A stretch of 64,000 bases of DNA from Lentisphaeria bacterium. GTDB taxonomy: Bacteria; Verrucomicrobiota; Lentisphaeria; Victivallales; UBA1829. Positions 45,524-53,844 of the stretch are shown here, one piece after another. A program made the position numbers and the translations under genes. Under the pieces are notes generated by a model. That model did not search any database. It was given only the letters and a program-made list of their open reading frames with translations, and was not told the origin of the DNA. Each line of letters starts with the position of its first letter. Positions within the stretch are counted from its first letter, which is position 1. Location of the stretch: NCBI GenBank assembly GCA_017503375.1, contig JAFVTF010000001.1, forward strand, positions 13,322 to 77,321, read 5' to 3'.

Positions 45524-46630
45524 ATGAATAAAAAAAATAATGTTGTTGAACGTTTGCGTGAACTGATTGCATCCGGAAAACTTCAGCCGGGGCAAAAGCT
45601 GGCAAGCGGGATCGAGCTTGCCAACAGTTTCGGCGTAGCACATTTGACCATGCGCCGTGCATTGCGTGAATTGGAACTTGCAGGTGATATAATGATTATT
45701 CACGGCAGAGGCATCTTTGTTTCAGAGCGTCATACAGCTAAGCGTAAATTCCTGATCGTGCGTCCCGGCATAACGGAAAATGCCGTCCCTACCAATTATC
45801 TGCTGCCTTATTTTCTCCAACGCTGTAATGAATTGGGGGTTGAAGTGGACGAAGCAGATTTGATTTTTCTGCGGCACAGTCCGGTTTCCGGAACGGTTCG
45901 CCAGCTGAAAGACAATCAATATACAGGAATTTTGCTTGCCTGCAGCGGATACAACGGAAATGAACCTGAATTGCAGATATTCCGCAAATTGAATGTCCCT
46001 GTTCTCATTCCCCGTGCAACTGAGACCGATTCCGAAGTCACCGGGTTCGGCGTGCTGAGATCTGACGACCGCAAAGCGTGGGAAGACGGTTTGAAATACC
46101 TCAAAGAGTGCGGCTTCAAAAAAGTCGGATTGATTTTTTCCAAGTACAAAAAGGATTCTCTTATACGGGGATTTACTTTTAAGGAGCATTTGTCATTGCT
46201 CAAAAAACATGGCATGAAGAGCGATAAAAACATGATTGGGATAGTTGATATTCAGAATGGCGAAACACTTTGCAGTCAGGTGGGAACATGCTTAAAAATG
46301 CTGATGGAGCAGGAAGAACCGCCCGAAGCGATCTACTGTTTTTCTGACTTCGTTGCCCTTTATGTCTATCTTTCCGCACAAAAAATGGGGTTGCGGATCC
46401 CTGAGGATATTTCTGTCATGGGTTTCTGCGGTTATCCCGGCGGAAAAATGCTCTCCCCGCCGCTTGCCACAGTTGATTGCGATTATCCTGCCGCCGGTAT
46501 TCTGGCAGCAGAACTGCTCTGTGATCCGGGCAAGTGGTGTTACAGTGAAAAGGAAAACAGAGAATTTATTATTCCACATAAAATCAAAAAACGCGCCAGC
46601 GTTGCAGTCAAACAGGAGGTAACACCATGA
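45524..46630 (+). CDS. transcriptional regulator, GntR-type wHTH fused to a LacI-type sugar-binding domain
   Basis: Start at Met12 (MNKKNN). [42 protein letters not shown] is a GntR HTH. The C-terminus (..[22 protein letters not shown]) is Peripla_BP/LacI-like. Confidence 0.8.
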   Translation: MNKKNNVVERLRELIASGKLQPGQKLASGIELANSFGVAHLTMRRALRELELAGDIMIIHGRGIFVSERHTAKRKFLIVRPGITENAVPTNYLLPYFLQRCNELGVEVDEADLIFLRHSPVSGTVRQLKDNQYTGILLACSGYNGNEPELQIFRKLNVPVLIPRATETDSEVTGFGVLRSDDRKAWEDGLKYLKECGFKKVGLIFSKYKKDSLIRGFTFKEHLSLLKKHGMKSDKNMIGIVDIQNGETLCSQVGTCLKMLMEQEEPPEAIYCFSDFVALYVYLSAQKMGLRIPEDISVMGFCGYPGGKMLSPPLATVDCDYPAAGILAAELLCDPGKWCYSEKENREFIIPHKIKKRASVAVKQEVTP

Positions 46631-46698
46631 TAAAAAGAATTCTGAACCGGAATTTGATCAAGGCGGTTCCGCAACATGAATCAGAAAGGATTTTTTCA

Positions 46699-47478
46699 AT
46701 GAAACAAAATGGCGTGAAGTCTGTGAACTTTACTCTGATCGAACTGCTGGTTGTGATTGCCATCATTGCAATCCTCGCCGGAATGCTCCTGCCCGCCCTG
46801 AACCGGTCACGCGAATCAGCAAGAGGCAGCAGCTGTACCGGCAATTTAAAACAGATCGGCATTATGACCACTTCTTACACCGATGATTTCGATGGCTGGG
46901 TTCTGCCCCATGACTTGCGTTATGCCCTCAACGGAGGAGTGTACGGTAATGAGTCAGATTCTTATGCAGACAAGAACACTTACGGTGCTTATCACCAGAG
47001 ATTGCGGGTGACGGGATATGTTCAGGACTGGAAGAGCGGAAATGTTATGACCAGTGTTTTTGTCTGTCCGTCTGACCGGTCTACCCGAAGTGCTTACGAA
47101 AAATTGCGCTATCAGCTTATTTATGGAATCAGTCTCGGGATCGTTTTTAAAGACAAAGCTACTTTCGGTACTCGCAAAACGGTCAAAATTTCTCAGGTAA
47201 AAAATCCCTCCCGGAAAGCCTACTGTATGGACTCTTCCGGTACAACAGATTATAAATCCCAGTTTTACATGGTCGGCGCAAGCGTTACTCCATCAAGCAA
47301 CAACGGTGCCATTGCTTACGGCAGACACAATAATGTCTGCAATATCCTGAATCTCTCCGGAGGTGTCATGAGAGTCACTGCAAGCAATCTGCTGCACAGC
47401 GTACTTACCAACGGCAGCACCAGCATGGCATGGGATTCTGACAAGGACCGTCTGACCCGTTATTACTGGGGCATGTAA
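46699..47478 (+). CDS. prepilin-type N-terminal domain protein (H-X9-SG variant)
   Basis: [43 protein letters not shown] and C-terminal [12 protein letters not shown]. An alternative ATG at 46627 overlaps the regulator stop (ATGA). Confidence 0.85.
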   Translation: MKQNGVKSVNFTLIELLVVIAIIAILAGMLLPALNRSRESARGSSCTGNLKQIGIMTTSYTDDFDGWVLPHDLRYALNGGVYGNESDSYADKNTYGAYHQRLRVTGYVQDWKSGNVMTSVFVCPSDRSTRSAYEKLRYQLIYGISLGIVFKDKATFGTRKTVKISQVKNPSRKAYCMDSSGTTDYKSQFYMVGASVTPSSNNGAIAYGRHNNVCNILNLSGGVMRVTASNLLHSVLTNGSTSMAWDSDKDRLTRYYWGM

Positions 47479-47511
47479 TTGAAATCAAAAAACATAAGGA
47501 TAGAAACTACA

Positions 47512-50500
47512 ATGAAAAAATTATTATTTCTGACACTCGCTGCCGCAGGTGCAGCTCTTTCAGCAAAACCTGTCGTGGAATGGGATTTTGAAAACAATAT
47601 CCCTGCCAAAAATGTAGCGTTCTCAAAGGATAAAAAATACCGTGTGGGCGATGGAAAAATCGTTGCCGGGTTCAAGGGTAACGGGCTGCTCATCAATAAA
47701 GCCTGGCCCCGCACAGCATTAAAAGTTGCGGAAAACTGGAAAAGCTTTACGGTTGAATTGAAGTTCAAACTCAATGAAGAGGTGAATGCACGCACCGGAA
47801 ATACTCTTTTCTGCTATGCAAAGAACTCCTGGAACCGCGCACAGTTCGCTTTGCAGATCACGCCGAAAAAACAGCTGGAAGCACGGTTCACCCAGGTTGT
47901 CCGGAAACAGGAACAGGTTCTGACCTCCAAACAGCTGGATATCAAACCGGGAGTGTTCTATACCGTCCGCATTGCTGCAACTGACGGCGGCATGATGAAA
48001 ATCTTCCTTGACGGCGAACTCGTTGCCATGCGGGAAAAGGATTCCTGGAGCTTCAACCGTCTTTCCACCCCCAAGATTCCCAGCGGTTATCCGCTTCTGG
48101 TGCTGGGAGGAAATCTTGCCGCAATGAAAACGGAATACCGTACACTCAACGGTGTCATTGATGATGTCAAAATCTGGAACACCTTCAAAGAAGCTGATGC
48201 GGCGGCATCCGTTGAAGCAGGCAGTTCTCTGCTGGTGGTTGAAGGAAAAAAAAGTGTGACGGGCAAATTTCTCGTTCTTGACCGTCCAACCCGTTTTCTC
48301 GGCGGCTTTGAACGCCCGGAACAAAAATTTTTTGATGCCGCAGCCAACGCTGAAGTGGAGCTGACCAAAAACGATCTCATCGTCCGGGTCATCTCCCCCA
48401 TCCCTGCCGGAATGAAAGTCGATACAGGAAAGAATCGTACATGGTCAGGAGATGTGGTGGAGTTTTTTTTTCGTCCTGACCTGAACAACGGTGAGTATTT
48501 TCAGTATGCCGCCAACGCTTCCGGATGGACAACTGCTCTTGCTGTCAATTTCCGTGACCGTGGCAAGAAATTCAAGAGCAGCAGCAAAACGGCAATCGAT
48601 ATCAAAGCAGACCGTTGGATCGTCACTTTCACCATTCCCCGCAGTGAATTGCGCCTTGATGGCGATATCAACGGGAAAGTTGTTGCGGCAAATATCACCC
48701 GATGCGGCAAGACTGCCGGCGGTCAATCCACCTGGTCCCCCATCGGCAGCAACTTTCATGCAATCGGAAAATTCCGACAGGTGGTTTTCGGTTCCTACAA
48801 ACAGGCTCTGTTGAAACAGCTTCAGGAAAGCAAAAAGGAATTCAGCTCCATCGACGGCGAAAAAAAACTGAAAGAATCTATTGCAGCCGAACTGGAAAAA
48901 TTGGAAAATGAAGTCAATGTCAACGGTTCCAAAAGCGAATTTTTTGAGGTTCTTTCTGCCAATATTGCCCGCATGAAACTGCGCTACACCCAGCTCCGTT
49001 TTTCAGGAACACCCAATCTTATCTGGCAAACTCCGCTGCCCTGGGGAAATGATATTCAGGTTTCTCCCCTGAGCACTCCTCTGAAAAAAATCTCTCTTGT
49101 TCTGCCGCAGAACAGTTTTGTCTGCCAGAGTTTTGTTTTCAGCAACCTGACACCGAAATCCTTTCTGGGACAAATCAAAATTTTTCCGGCAAAGCGTCTG
49201 CAGGAAAAAAAAGTTTATAACGATTTCAACAGCAAATTCTACGAAACACGCAACGGGATCGTCTGCTATCCGGAAAGCACACTTTACCCCAATGTGCAGT
49301 TTTTTGAAGCCTTGCCCCTTGTTTCCGGCGACACCATCCACGATCCGCTGCTGCCGCTGCCCATGGGAACACTTCTGCGGGCAGGTGCCAATGAATCCAA
49401 ACAAATCTGGTTCAAATTCAGTTCTGCCAACATGAAACCGGGAAAACAGGATTTTGTCATTGTTCTGAAACCCTCTTATCCGGGCTTCCAGAATATTGAA
49501 ATCCCTGTGGAAGTAGATATCCGTCCCGTGGATCTTGGCAAAATAAATGTGGATGCTTTCAACTACACCAATATTTACCGTAACGGGACACATCCGGCAC
49601 TGGTCAAAGCTCTGGTGGATAAAGGAAACAACATCATCTATCCCGGCGGCGCTCTGGGACAGGCTTCTATGGATATTTATCCGAAAATAGATGAGCAGGG
49701 CAATGTGCTGGAATATTCCGACTATGCTTTGATCGACCGGTTCATCGACCGTTCCGTTCAGGCAGGGATGCCCCTGGAACGCATCAAGCTCATCTGCTGG
49801 CTGGAACTGCCCGCTTACGGCATGAATTACCGGGGCAAGCGGCAGGCAAAATTCAATTCCCCGGCATGGAACAAGGGGTTCAAATCCTTCCTGATCCATT
49901 TTACCGATCATCTGAAAAAGAAATACAATATCACCCGTGACCGGATCATCTTCTACACCATTGACGAGCCCGAAGGCGACATCAATAAACCGGGAACCAG
50001 AATGTATAACGCCTATCTGTCAGCAGAAATCATCAAATCTGTCGGCAAAGATTTCGTCACCATGGTCAATCCGCATCCCAATTACCTGCGGGGGAAAGAG
50101 TTCTCTGCCATGACAAAACTGGCAGAAGTTTATGATATTTTTGAATTCTACCGTCCTGGCTTGGGTCCCGAACAGCTCAAGGCTGCCAAGAGTCTCAAAA
50201 AAGAGACCTGGACTTACTGCATCTACGGCAAAAACACTGCTCCGGAAGCTTACCGCCGTACCTACTGGACCAATTTCCGTGACGGCTTTACCGCTGTTTC
50301 TGCCTACTGGCACCACGAAGCTCATGCAGGCGGTGACGGGTTCAACTCTGAAGACGGTGTCAGAAACCGGGTCGACTACGGCAGTGCCTATCTGGATATG
50401 GAAATGGGAACCTATCTTTCTTCCAGACGGGAAGAAGCCAACATGCTTGGCAAAGAGGATTACAAACTGGCGGAGTATTGCCGTCAGATGCTCCAAAAGA

Positions 50501-50625
50501 AACCATCCGCGGCTTTGAAAAAACAGCTGGATGCGATCATTTCCTCAGGTGCTTCCGGTGATATGCAGATCATGGAAGAAAACCGTCTAAAGCTCCTGGA
50601 TCTTGCTGAAAAGCTTTCAAAATAA
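47512..50625 (+). CDS. secreted LamG + CBM9-like + glycoside-hydrolase-like protein
   Basis: Start at Met12 with signal peptide MKKLLFLTLAAAGAALSA. LamG (..IFLDGELVAMRE..VIDDVKIWNTF) and CBM9-like (GDVVEFFFRPD..EYFQYAANASGW). Large C-terminal TIM-barrel-like part. Confidence 0.75.
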   Translation: MKKLLFLTLAAAGAALSAKPVVEWDFENNIPAKNVAFSKDKKYRVGDGKIVAGFKGNGLLINKAWPRTALKVAENWKSFTVELKFKLNEEVNARTGNTLFCYAKNSWNRAQFALQITPKKQLEARFTQVVRKQEQVLTSKQLDIKPGVFYTVRIAATDGGMMKIFLDGELVAMREKDSWSFNRLSTPKIPSGYPLLVLGGNLAAMKTEYRTLNGVIDDVKIWNTFKEADAAASVEAGSSLLVVEGKKSVTGKFLVLDRPTRFLGGFERPEQKFFDAAANAEVELTKNDLIVRVISPIPAGMKVDTGKNRTWSGDVVEFFFRPDLNNGEYFQYAANASGWTTALAVNFRDRGKKFKSSSKTAIDIKADRWIVTFTIPRSELRLDGDINGKVVAANITRCGKTAGGQSTWSPIGSNFHAIGKFRQVVFGSYKQALLKQLQESKKEFSSIDGEKKLKESIAAELEKLENEVNVNGSKSEFFEVLSANIARMKLRYTQLRFSGTPNLIWQTPLPWGNDIQVSPLSTPLKKISLVLPQNSFVCQSFVFSNLTPKSFLGQIKIFPAKRLQEKKVYNDFNSKFYETRNGIVCYPESTLYPNVQFFEALPLVSGDTIHDPLLPLPMGTLLRAGANESKQIWFKFSSANMKPGKQDFVIVLKPSYPGFQNIEIPVEVDIRPVDLGKINVDAFNYTNIYRNGTHPALVKALVDKGNNIIYPGGALGQASMDIYPKIDEQGNVLEYSDYALIDRFIDRSVQAGMPLERIKLICWLELPAYGMNYRGKRQAKFNSPAWNKGFKSFLIHFTDHLKKKYNITRDRIIFYTIDEPEGDINKPGTRMYNAYLSAEIIKSVGKDFVTMVNPHPNYLRGKEFSAMTKLAEVYDIFEFYRPGLGPEQLKAAKSLKKETWTYCIYGKNTAPEAYRRTYWTNFRDGFTAVSAYWHHEAHAGGDGFNSEDGVRNRVDYGSAYLDMEMGTYLSSRREEANMLGKEDYKLAEYCRQMLQKKPSAALKKQLDAIISSGASGDMQIMEENRLKLLDLAEKLSK

Positions 50626-50652
50626 GCATTTCAGTCTGGAAAAATCCGTAAT

Positions 50653-50743
50653 ATTGGCGATCCGCCGGGCTGCAGATCTCTCCACGCTGATGTGGAGGTT
50701 TCAGGTTCCCCCTGCAGCACTCCTGAGGGTCGCCAATTTTTTT
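50653..50743 (+). terminator. compound three-stem terminator / structured RNA element
   Basis: Nested stems ATTGGCGATCC/GGGTCGCCAAT (outer), GCTGCAG/CTGCAGC and CTCCAC/GTGGAG (apical), followed by TTTTTTT (50737-50743). Starts 28 nt after the stop of the 1037-aa gene. Confidence 0.5.
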
Positions 50744-50836
50744 CTCCGGAGTTGAGTGATCTCCCTGGAACTTATAGTACGGACATGCTGTCATCGCAGA
50801 CCATCTTCGCCTATTCATGAAATATTTTTGAAAAGC

Positions 50837-50938
50837 GAGGTAATTTCAAAAGTCCGGCAAAATTTGGCTGAAAAAAGATTGTTGATGGAGGTAATTTCAA
50901 AAGTCCGGCAAAATTTGGCTGAAAAAAGATTGTTGATG
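50837..50938. repeat. 51-bp tandem duplication (2 units) inside MITE-like copy 2
   Basis: GAGGTAATTTCAAAAGTCCGGCAAAATTTGGCTGAAAAAAGATTGTTGATG occurs twice back to back. Confidence 0.9.
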
Positions 50939-51071
50939 AGTTGGAAATGGTAGTTTGAGCGTGGCTTTCCATCCTCCTTCGTTAAAACTCCGGAGGACAA
51001 GCCGAAAACGCTCCATTTTCAGATCACGGCAAGAATTTTCAGACATTTTTGAAGACTTTTGAAATTGCCTC
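50837..51071. mobile_element. MITE-like repeat, family 1, copy 2 (235 bp)
   Basis: Same TIRs and interior as 43122-43305, in the same orientation. Carries a 51-bp tandem duplication of its left end. Confidence 0.7.
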
Positions 51072-51751
51072 TATTTGATATCAATGGACGCAATTGCTGC
51101 CCGGTTGCTCCAATTTTCATTGACACCCCCAAACACCGGTACGATAAAAATGGATGACCACCCGCGTTTTTTCGCAGCCAGTTCTGTAAAATCAGCCGTC
51201 ATAGGAACTTCTCCAACAACCTTCCCATTCATCACAACGGATAACTTTTTGTCATTCCATACCATTTTTGCTGTATTGAAAGCATCCGGTGTCATCATTT
51301 TTGTCGGAACAATAACTTGAACCTGTTCCTTTCCAACCTGAATCCCAAAGTTCGCTTTTCCGTTGACATCAATATACATGTAATAGATCAGAACACTTTT
51401 TGCATCATCTTTCGCAGGTGAAAACACATGCAGGATCCGGAGCTGACTCCCCGGTTTACGCTTAAGTATTTTAAATGTAACCTCGGCACTTCCGGACGCA
51501 AAAGGAAAATTACCCGCGGCACTGTATGCCGGAACTTTTTTATTCTCTGCATTTTTTTCTGTCAAAACAAAGGCGAATTTTCCATCGGGGCCGGCAATAA
51601 AGTTTTCATCGGAAATGATAGCCTTCGTGATCATTGCTTTGGATTTTGCTTCCGGTGCAAACTTCTTTTCCGGAAAAGACAATTTGAAAGAAGGACCGGC
51701 AATACAAGAGCCGGCGATACCAAGTGCAATCGCAAGCGTTGTAAGTTTCAT
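51071..51751 (-). CDS. secreted hypothetical protein
   Basis: 226 aa with signal peptide MKLTTLAIALGIAGSCIAG. Beta-rich sequence with no recognised domain. Confidence 0.65.
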   Translation of the reverse strand: MKLTTLAIALGIAGSCIAGPSFKLSFPEKKFAPEAKSKAMITKAIISDENFIAGPDGKFAFVLTEKNAENKKVPAYSAAGNFPFASGSAEVTFKILKRKPGSQLRILHVFSPAKDDAKSVLIYYMYIDVNGKANFGIQVGKEQVQVIVPTKMMTPDAFNTAKMVWNDKKLSVVMNGKVVGEVPMTADFTELAAKKRGWSSIFIVPVFGGVNENWSNRAAIASIDIK

Positions 51752-51818
51752 TTTTTTCTCCTGTAAATTAAAATTAACAAAACGGATAAAATCTCTTATC
51801 TTCTATTTCTGCTGATAA

Positions 51819-51847
51819 ATTATACTACACGAATGTTGATTATTCAA
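51819..51847 (-). promoter_or_regulatory. sigma70-type promoter of the 226-aa secreted protein gene
   Basis: The minus strand reads TTGAAT (51847-51842), 17 nt, then TATAAT (51824-51819). Flanks are conserved with 42007-42059. Confidence 0.55.
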
Positions 51848-52183
51848 TACATCGATATTGAGAAAAATACACCGGAATTAATAAAATAGAAAATCATAAG
51901 CTACCTACTCATTATTTGGAAAGAGAAAGTAAAGATTATTCTGCAAAATTTTTAGCTGATGTACTTGATGGAAAACAAGAAAATGAAACTTTGAAAAAAT
52001 AGTTAGAAGATGTTATCTATTATTCTGAAATATCTGTTTTCAGACAGATACAAATAAATTAAAACAATCCGGTTTACATTTTTTTTCTTGCGGCTCTTGA
52101 AATTTGCCTTTTTGTGATAGGTCGATCCAAAACTGAAATGTTATAATCACTAAATAAACCGCCTACAATTTGTAGTCATTTCC

Positions 52184-52210
52184 AGCCGGGAATTTTTCCC
52201 GGCTTTTTTT
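52184..52210 (+). terminator. rho-independent terminator
   Basis: AGCCGGG - AATTTTT - CCCGGCT followed by TTTTTT. Confidence 0.6.
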
Positions 52211-52330
52211 GTGCCTTAATTCCGGAAAATTTGACATGTTTTGTTTAGGTGAAAGTTGAAATGTTCAGCTTTCGCGGCTGGCAATGTGCCGGACGATAAA
52301 CAAGCAAAAAAGAAGTAAAAGGTGGATGGC

Positions 52331-53047
52331 ATGGCTATTCAAGTGAATGTTGGCGGAATCAATGATGTTCCGGAAATTATACGGAAATTCGTCACGGAAA
52401 ACAATGGTGTTTTCTCATTTGACGATGAAAAGGCTTTTCAGGTATTGAAAAATGAACGTGAAAGCGCGAAAAATGCACGAAATGAACTTTCCCCGAGGAA
52501 GGCTCTTGGATTGACCACAGAACAGGTCAAGGCGTATCAGGGGCTTAGTAAAACTCCGGAAGAATTGGCGGAACTTATGGCAAAAGCAGCTGTTCCGGCG
52601 CCAAAACCTAATGTAAAGAATTCTACTGAGTATCTGGAATTGAAACAGGAATTGGATGCAATGAAAGATTTCAAGCAGAAATGGGAGGCGGCTGAAGCGG
52701 AAAATCTCAAAAACAAACGGAACGGACTTGTACGAAAGTTGATCGGAGATTTTTCCGATGAATACGACAAAGATCTGTTTTCCGGTTTTGTGGAATCTTC
52801 CGGCTTGATGGAACGGTTTTCACTGAATGATACGAAAGACGGATTGAATCCTGTTGAGAATCAGCTTCCGGCTGAATTTCTGAAAACATTTGCCGACAAA
52901 TATCACTTCAAAAAAGCAAGCGTTCCTGGCAATGCTCCAGACGGAAATACGCCGATGAACACCGGAGCAAATGCCGCATTTGAGACGGCGAAGAAAAACG
53001 GGGATGTGAGTGGATTGATCAACAATGCACCTGAAATCAAAGATTAA
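52331..53047 (+). CDS. phage scaffolding-protein-like (GP20-like) protein
   Basis: Charged, coiled-coil-like 238 aa (..TPEELAELMAKA..EYLELKQELDAMKDFKQKWEAAEAENLKNKRNGL..) with SD AAGGTGG before the ATG at 52331. Sits in an AT-rich region next to a tRNA. Confidence 0.55.
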   Translation: MAIQVNVGGINDVPEIIRKFVTENNGVFSFDDEKAFQVLKNERESAKNARNELSPRKALGLTTEQVKAYQGLSKTPEELAELMAKAAVPAPKPNVKNSTEYLELKQELDAMKDFKQKWEAAEAENLKNKRNGLVRKLIGDFSDEYDKDLFSGFVESSGLMERFSLNDTKDGLNPVENQLPAEFLKTFADKYHFKKASVPGNAPDGNTPMNTGANAAFETAKKNGDVSGLINNAPEIKD

Positions 53048-53292
53048 AAAATGAAAGGGTAATAATATGCCAGCGTTTTCCTACAATTTCCATATGGCGG
53101 GGAAGATCATTACCGGATGCGTTCCCGTCTGATGCAAGATGATGATGGTTATCCGATGCGCCGTGTCCGTTCGGACGATATGGAGCGGAGCCGTCACCGT
53201 CTGCCGATGGTTGAAGTTGACGAGTTCAATTTCCGTGGTCGTTCCCGTGATTCTATGGGACGATTCAAATAAAACGATCTCTCCCCGTTTTC

Positions 53293-53327
53293 AGGAGTGC
53301 CGTATTTTTCGGTACTCCTGTTTTTTT
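53293..53327 (+). terminator. rho-independent terminator
   Basis: AGGAGTGCCG - 7 nt - CGGTACTCCT (one G-T pair), then G and TTTTTTT. Confidence 0.6.
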
Positions 53328-53336
53328 GCTTTGAAA

Positions 53337-53360
53337 ACTTACATACAAACTTACATACAA
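53337..53360. repeat. 12-bp perfect tandem repeat (ACTTACATACAA x2)
   Basis: Read directly. Lies between two terminators, 49 nt from the tRNA 3' end. Confidence 0.9.
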
Positions 53361-53370
53361 AAATCTATGT

Positions 53371-53396
53371 AAAAAAAGCACTTCAAAAAGTGCTTT
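53371..53396 (-). terminator. rho-independent terminator downstream of tRNA-Leu
   Basis: 9-bp stem AAAGCACTT/AAGTGCTTT with a 4-nt loop. On the minus strand it is followed by a T run. Confidence 0.55.
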
Positions 53397-53408
53397 TGTG
53401 TTCAAAAA

Positions 53409-53492
53409 TGGTGCACGGCGAGGGACTCGAACCCACACGCCTTGCGGCAAAGGAACCTAAATCCTTCGTGTCTGCCATTTCACCAGCCGTGC
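53409..53492 (-). tRNA. tRNA-Leu (anticodon UAG)
   Basis: 84 nt. Acceptor stem GCACGGC/GCCGTGC, anticodon stem-loop AAGGA-UUUAGGU-UCCUU, long variable arm (type II), T-loop GGGTTCGAGTCCC, and encoded CCA. One U-U mismatch in the T stem. Confidence 0.85.
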
Positions 53493-53502
53493 ATCATACC
53501 GT

Positions 53503-53530
53503 AATATAAATGCAGAATCAGAAAAATCAA
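53503..53530 (-). promoter_or_regulatory. candidate promoter of tRNA-Leu
   Basis: The minus strand reads TTGATT (53530-53525), 16 nt, then TATATT (53508-53503). The -10 ends 10 nt before the mature 5' end. Confidence 0.45.
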
Positions 53531-53562
53531 ACTTCTGTTTCAAAAAAAGAATTTTTGTGGAT

Positions 53563-53703
53563 GAATTTTACAGATATCCCATAATTTTTCAAAAAAGCTC
53601 TGTTCCCAATAAAGAATGTTATTTTGCATATTCAGTCATGAACCATCAAAAAATTCAGTGATTCTGTACATGTCTTGGATTTTTATGGGATATCTGTGGA
53701 TTT
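53563..53703. mobile_element. MITE-like repeat, family 2, copy B
   Basis: Inverted pair GAATTTTACAGATATCCCATAATTTTTC (53563-53590) and GATTTTTATGGGATATCTGTGGATTT (53678-53703). The core is shared with 14841-15122. Confidence 0.55.
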
Positions 53704-53844
53704 TTTTGTCATTTTAATTATGTCAAGATTGAAAAATAGATTGGAAGAGTTATATTACCCTGTGAATTATTGAGAAAAACAAATTGTTTCAGGCAGACAA
53801 AGTCGTTCTGTCCAAACAATACAGCATGGGAAAACTGGAAAATT

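Noticed and set aside
50837-50938. Possible CRISPR array (regularly repeated sequence), also considered for 14911-14948
   Set aside because: There are only two contiguous 51-bp units with no spacers, and the other array is 9-bp units with no spacers. No cas genes are in the window. These are simple tandem duplications.
53139-53509. 77-, 61- and 70-aa ORFs across the terminators, tandem repeat and tRNA-Leu
   Set aside because: They run through two terminator hairpins, the 12-bp tandem repeat and the tRNA gene itself, so they are not plausible coding sequences.
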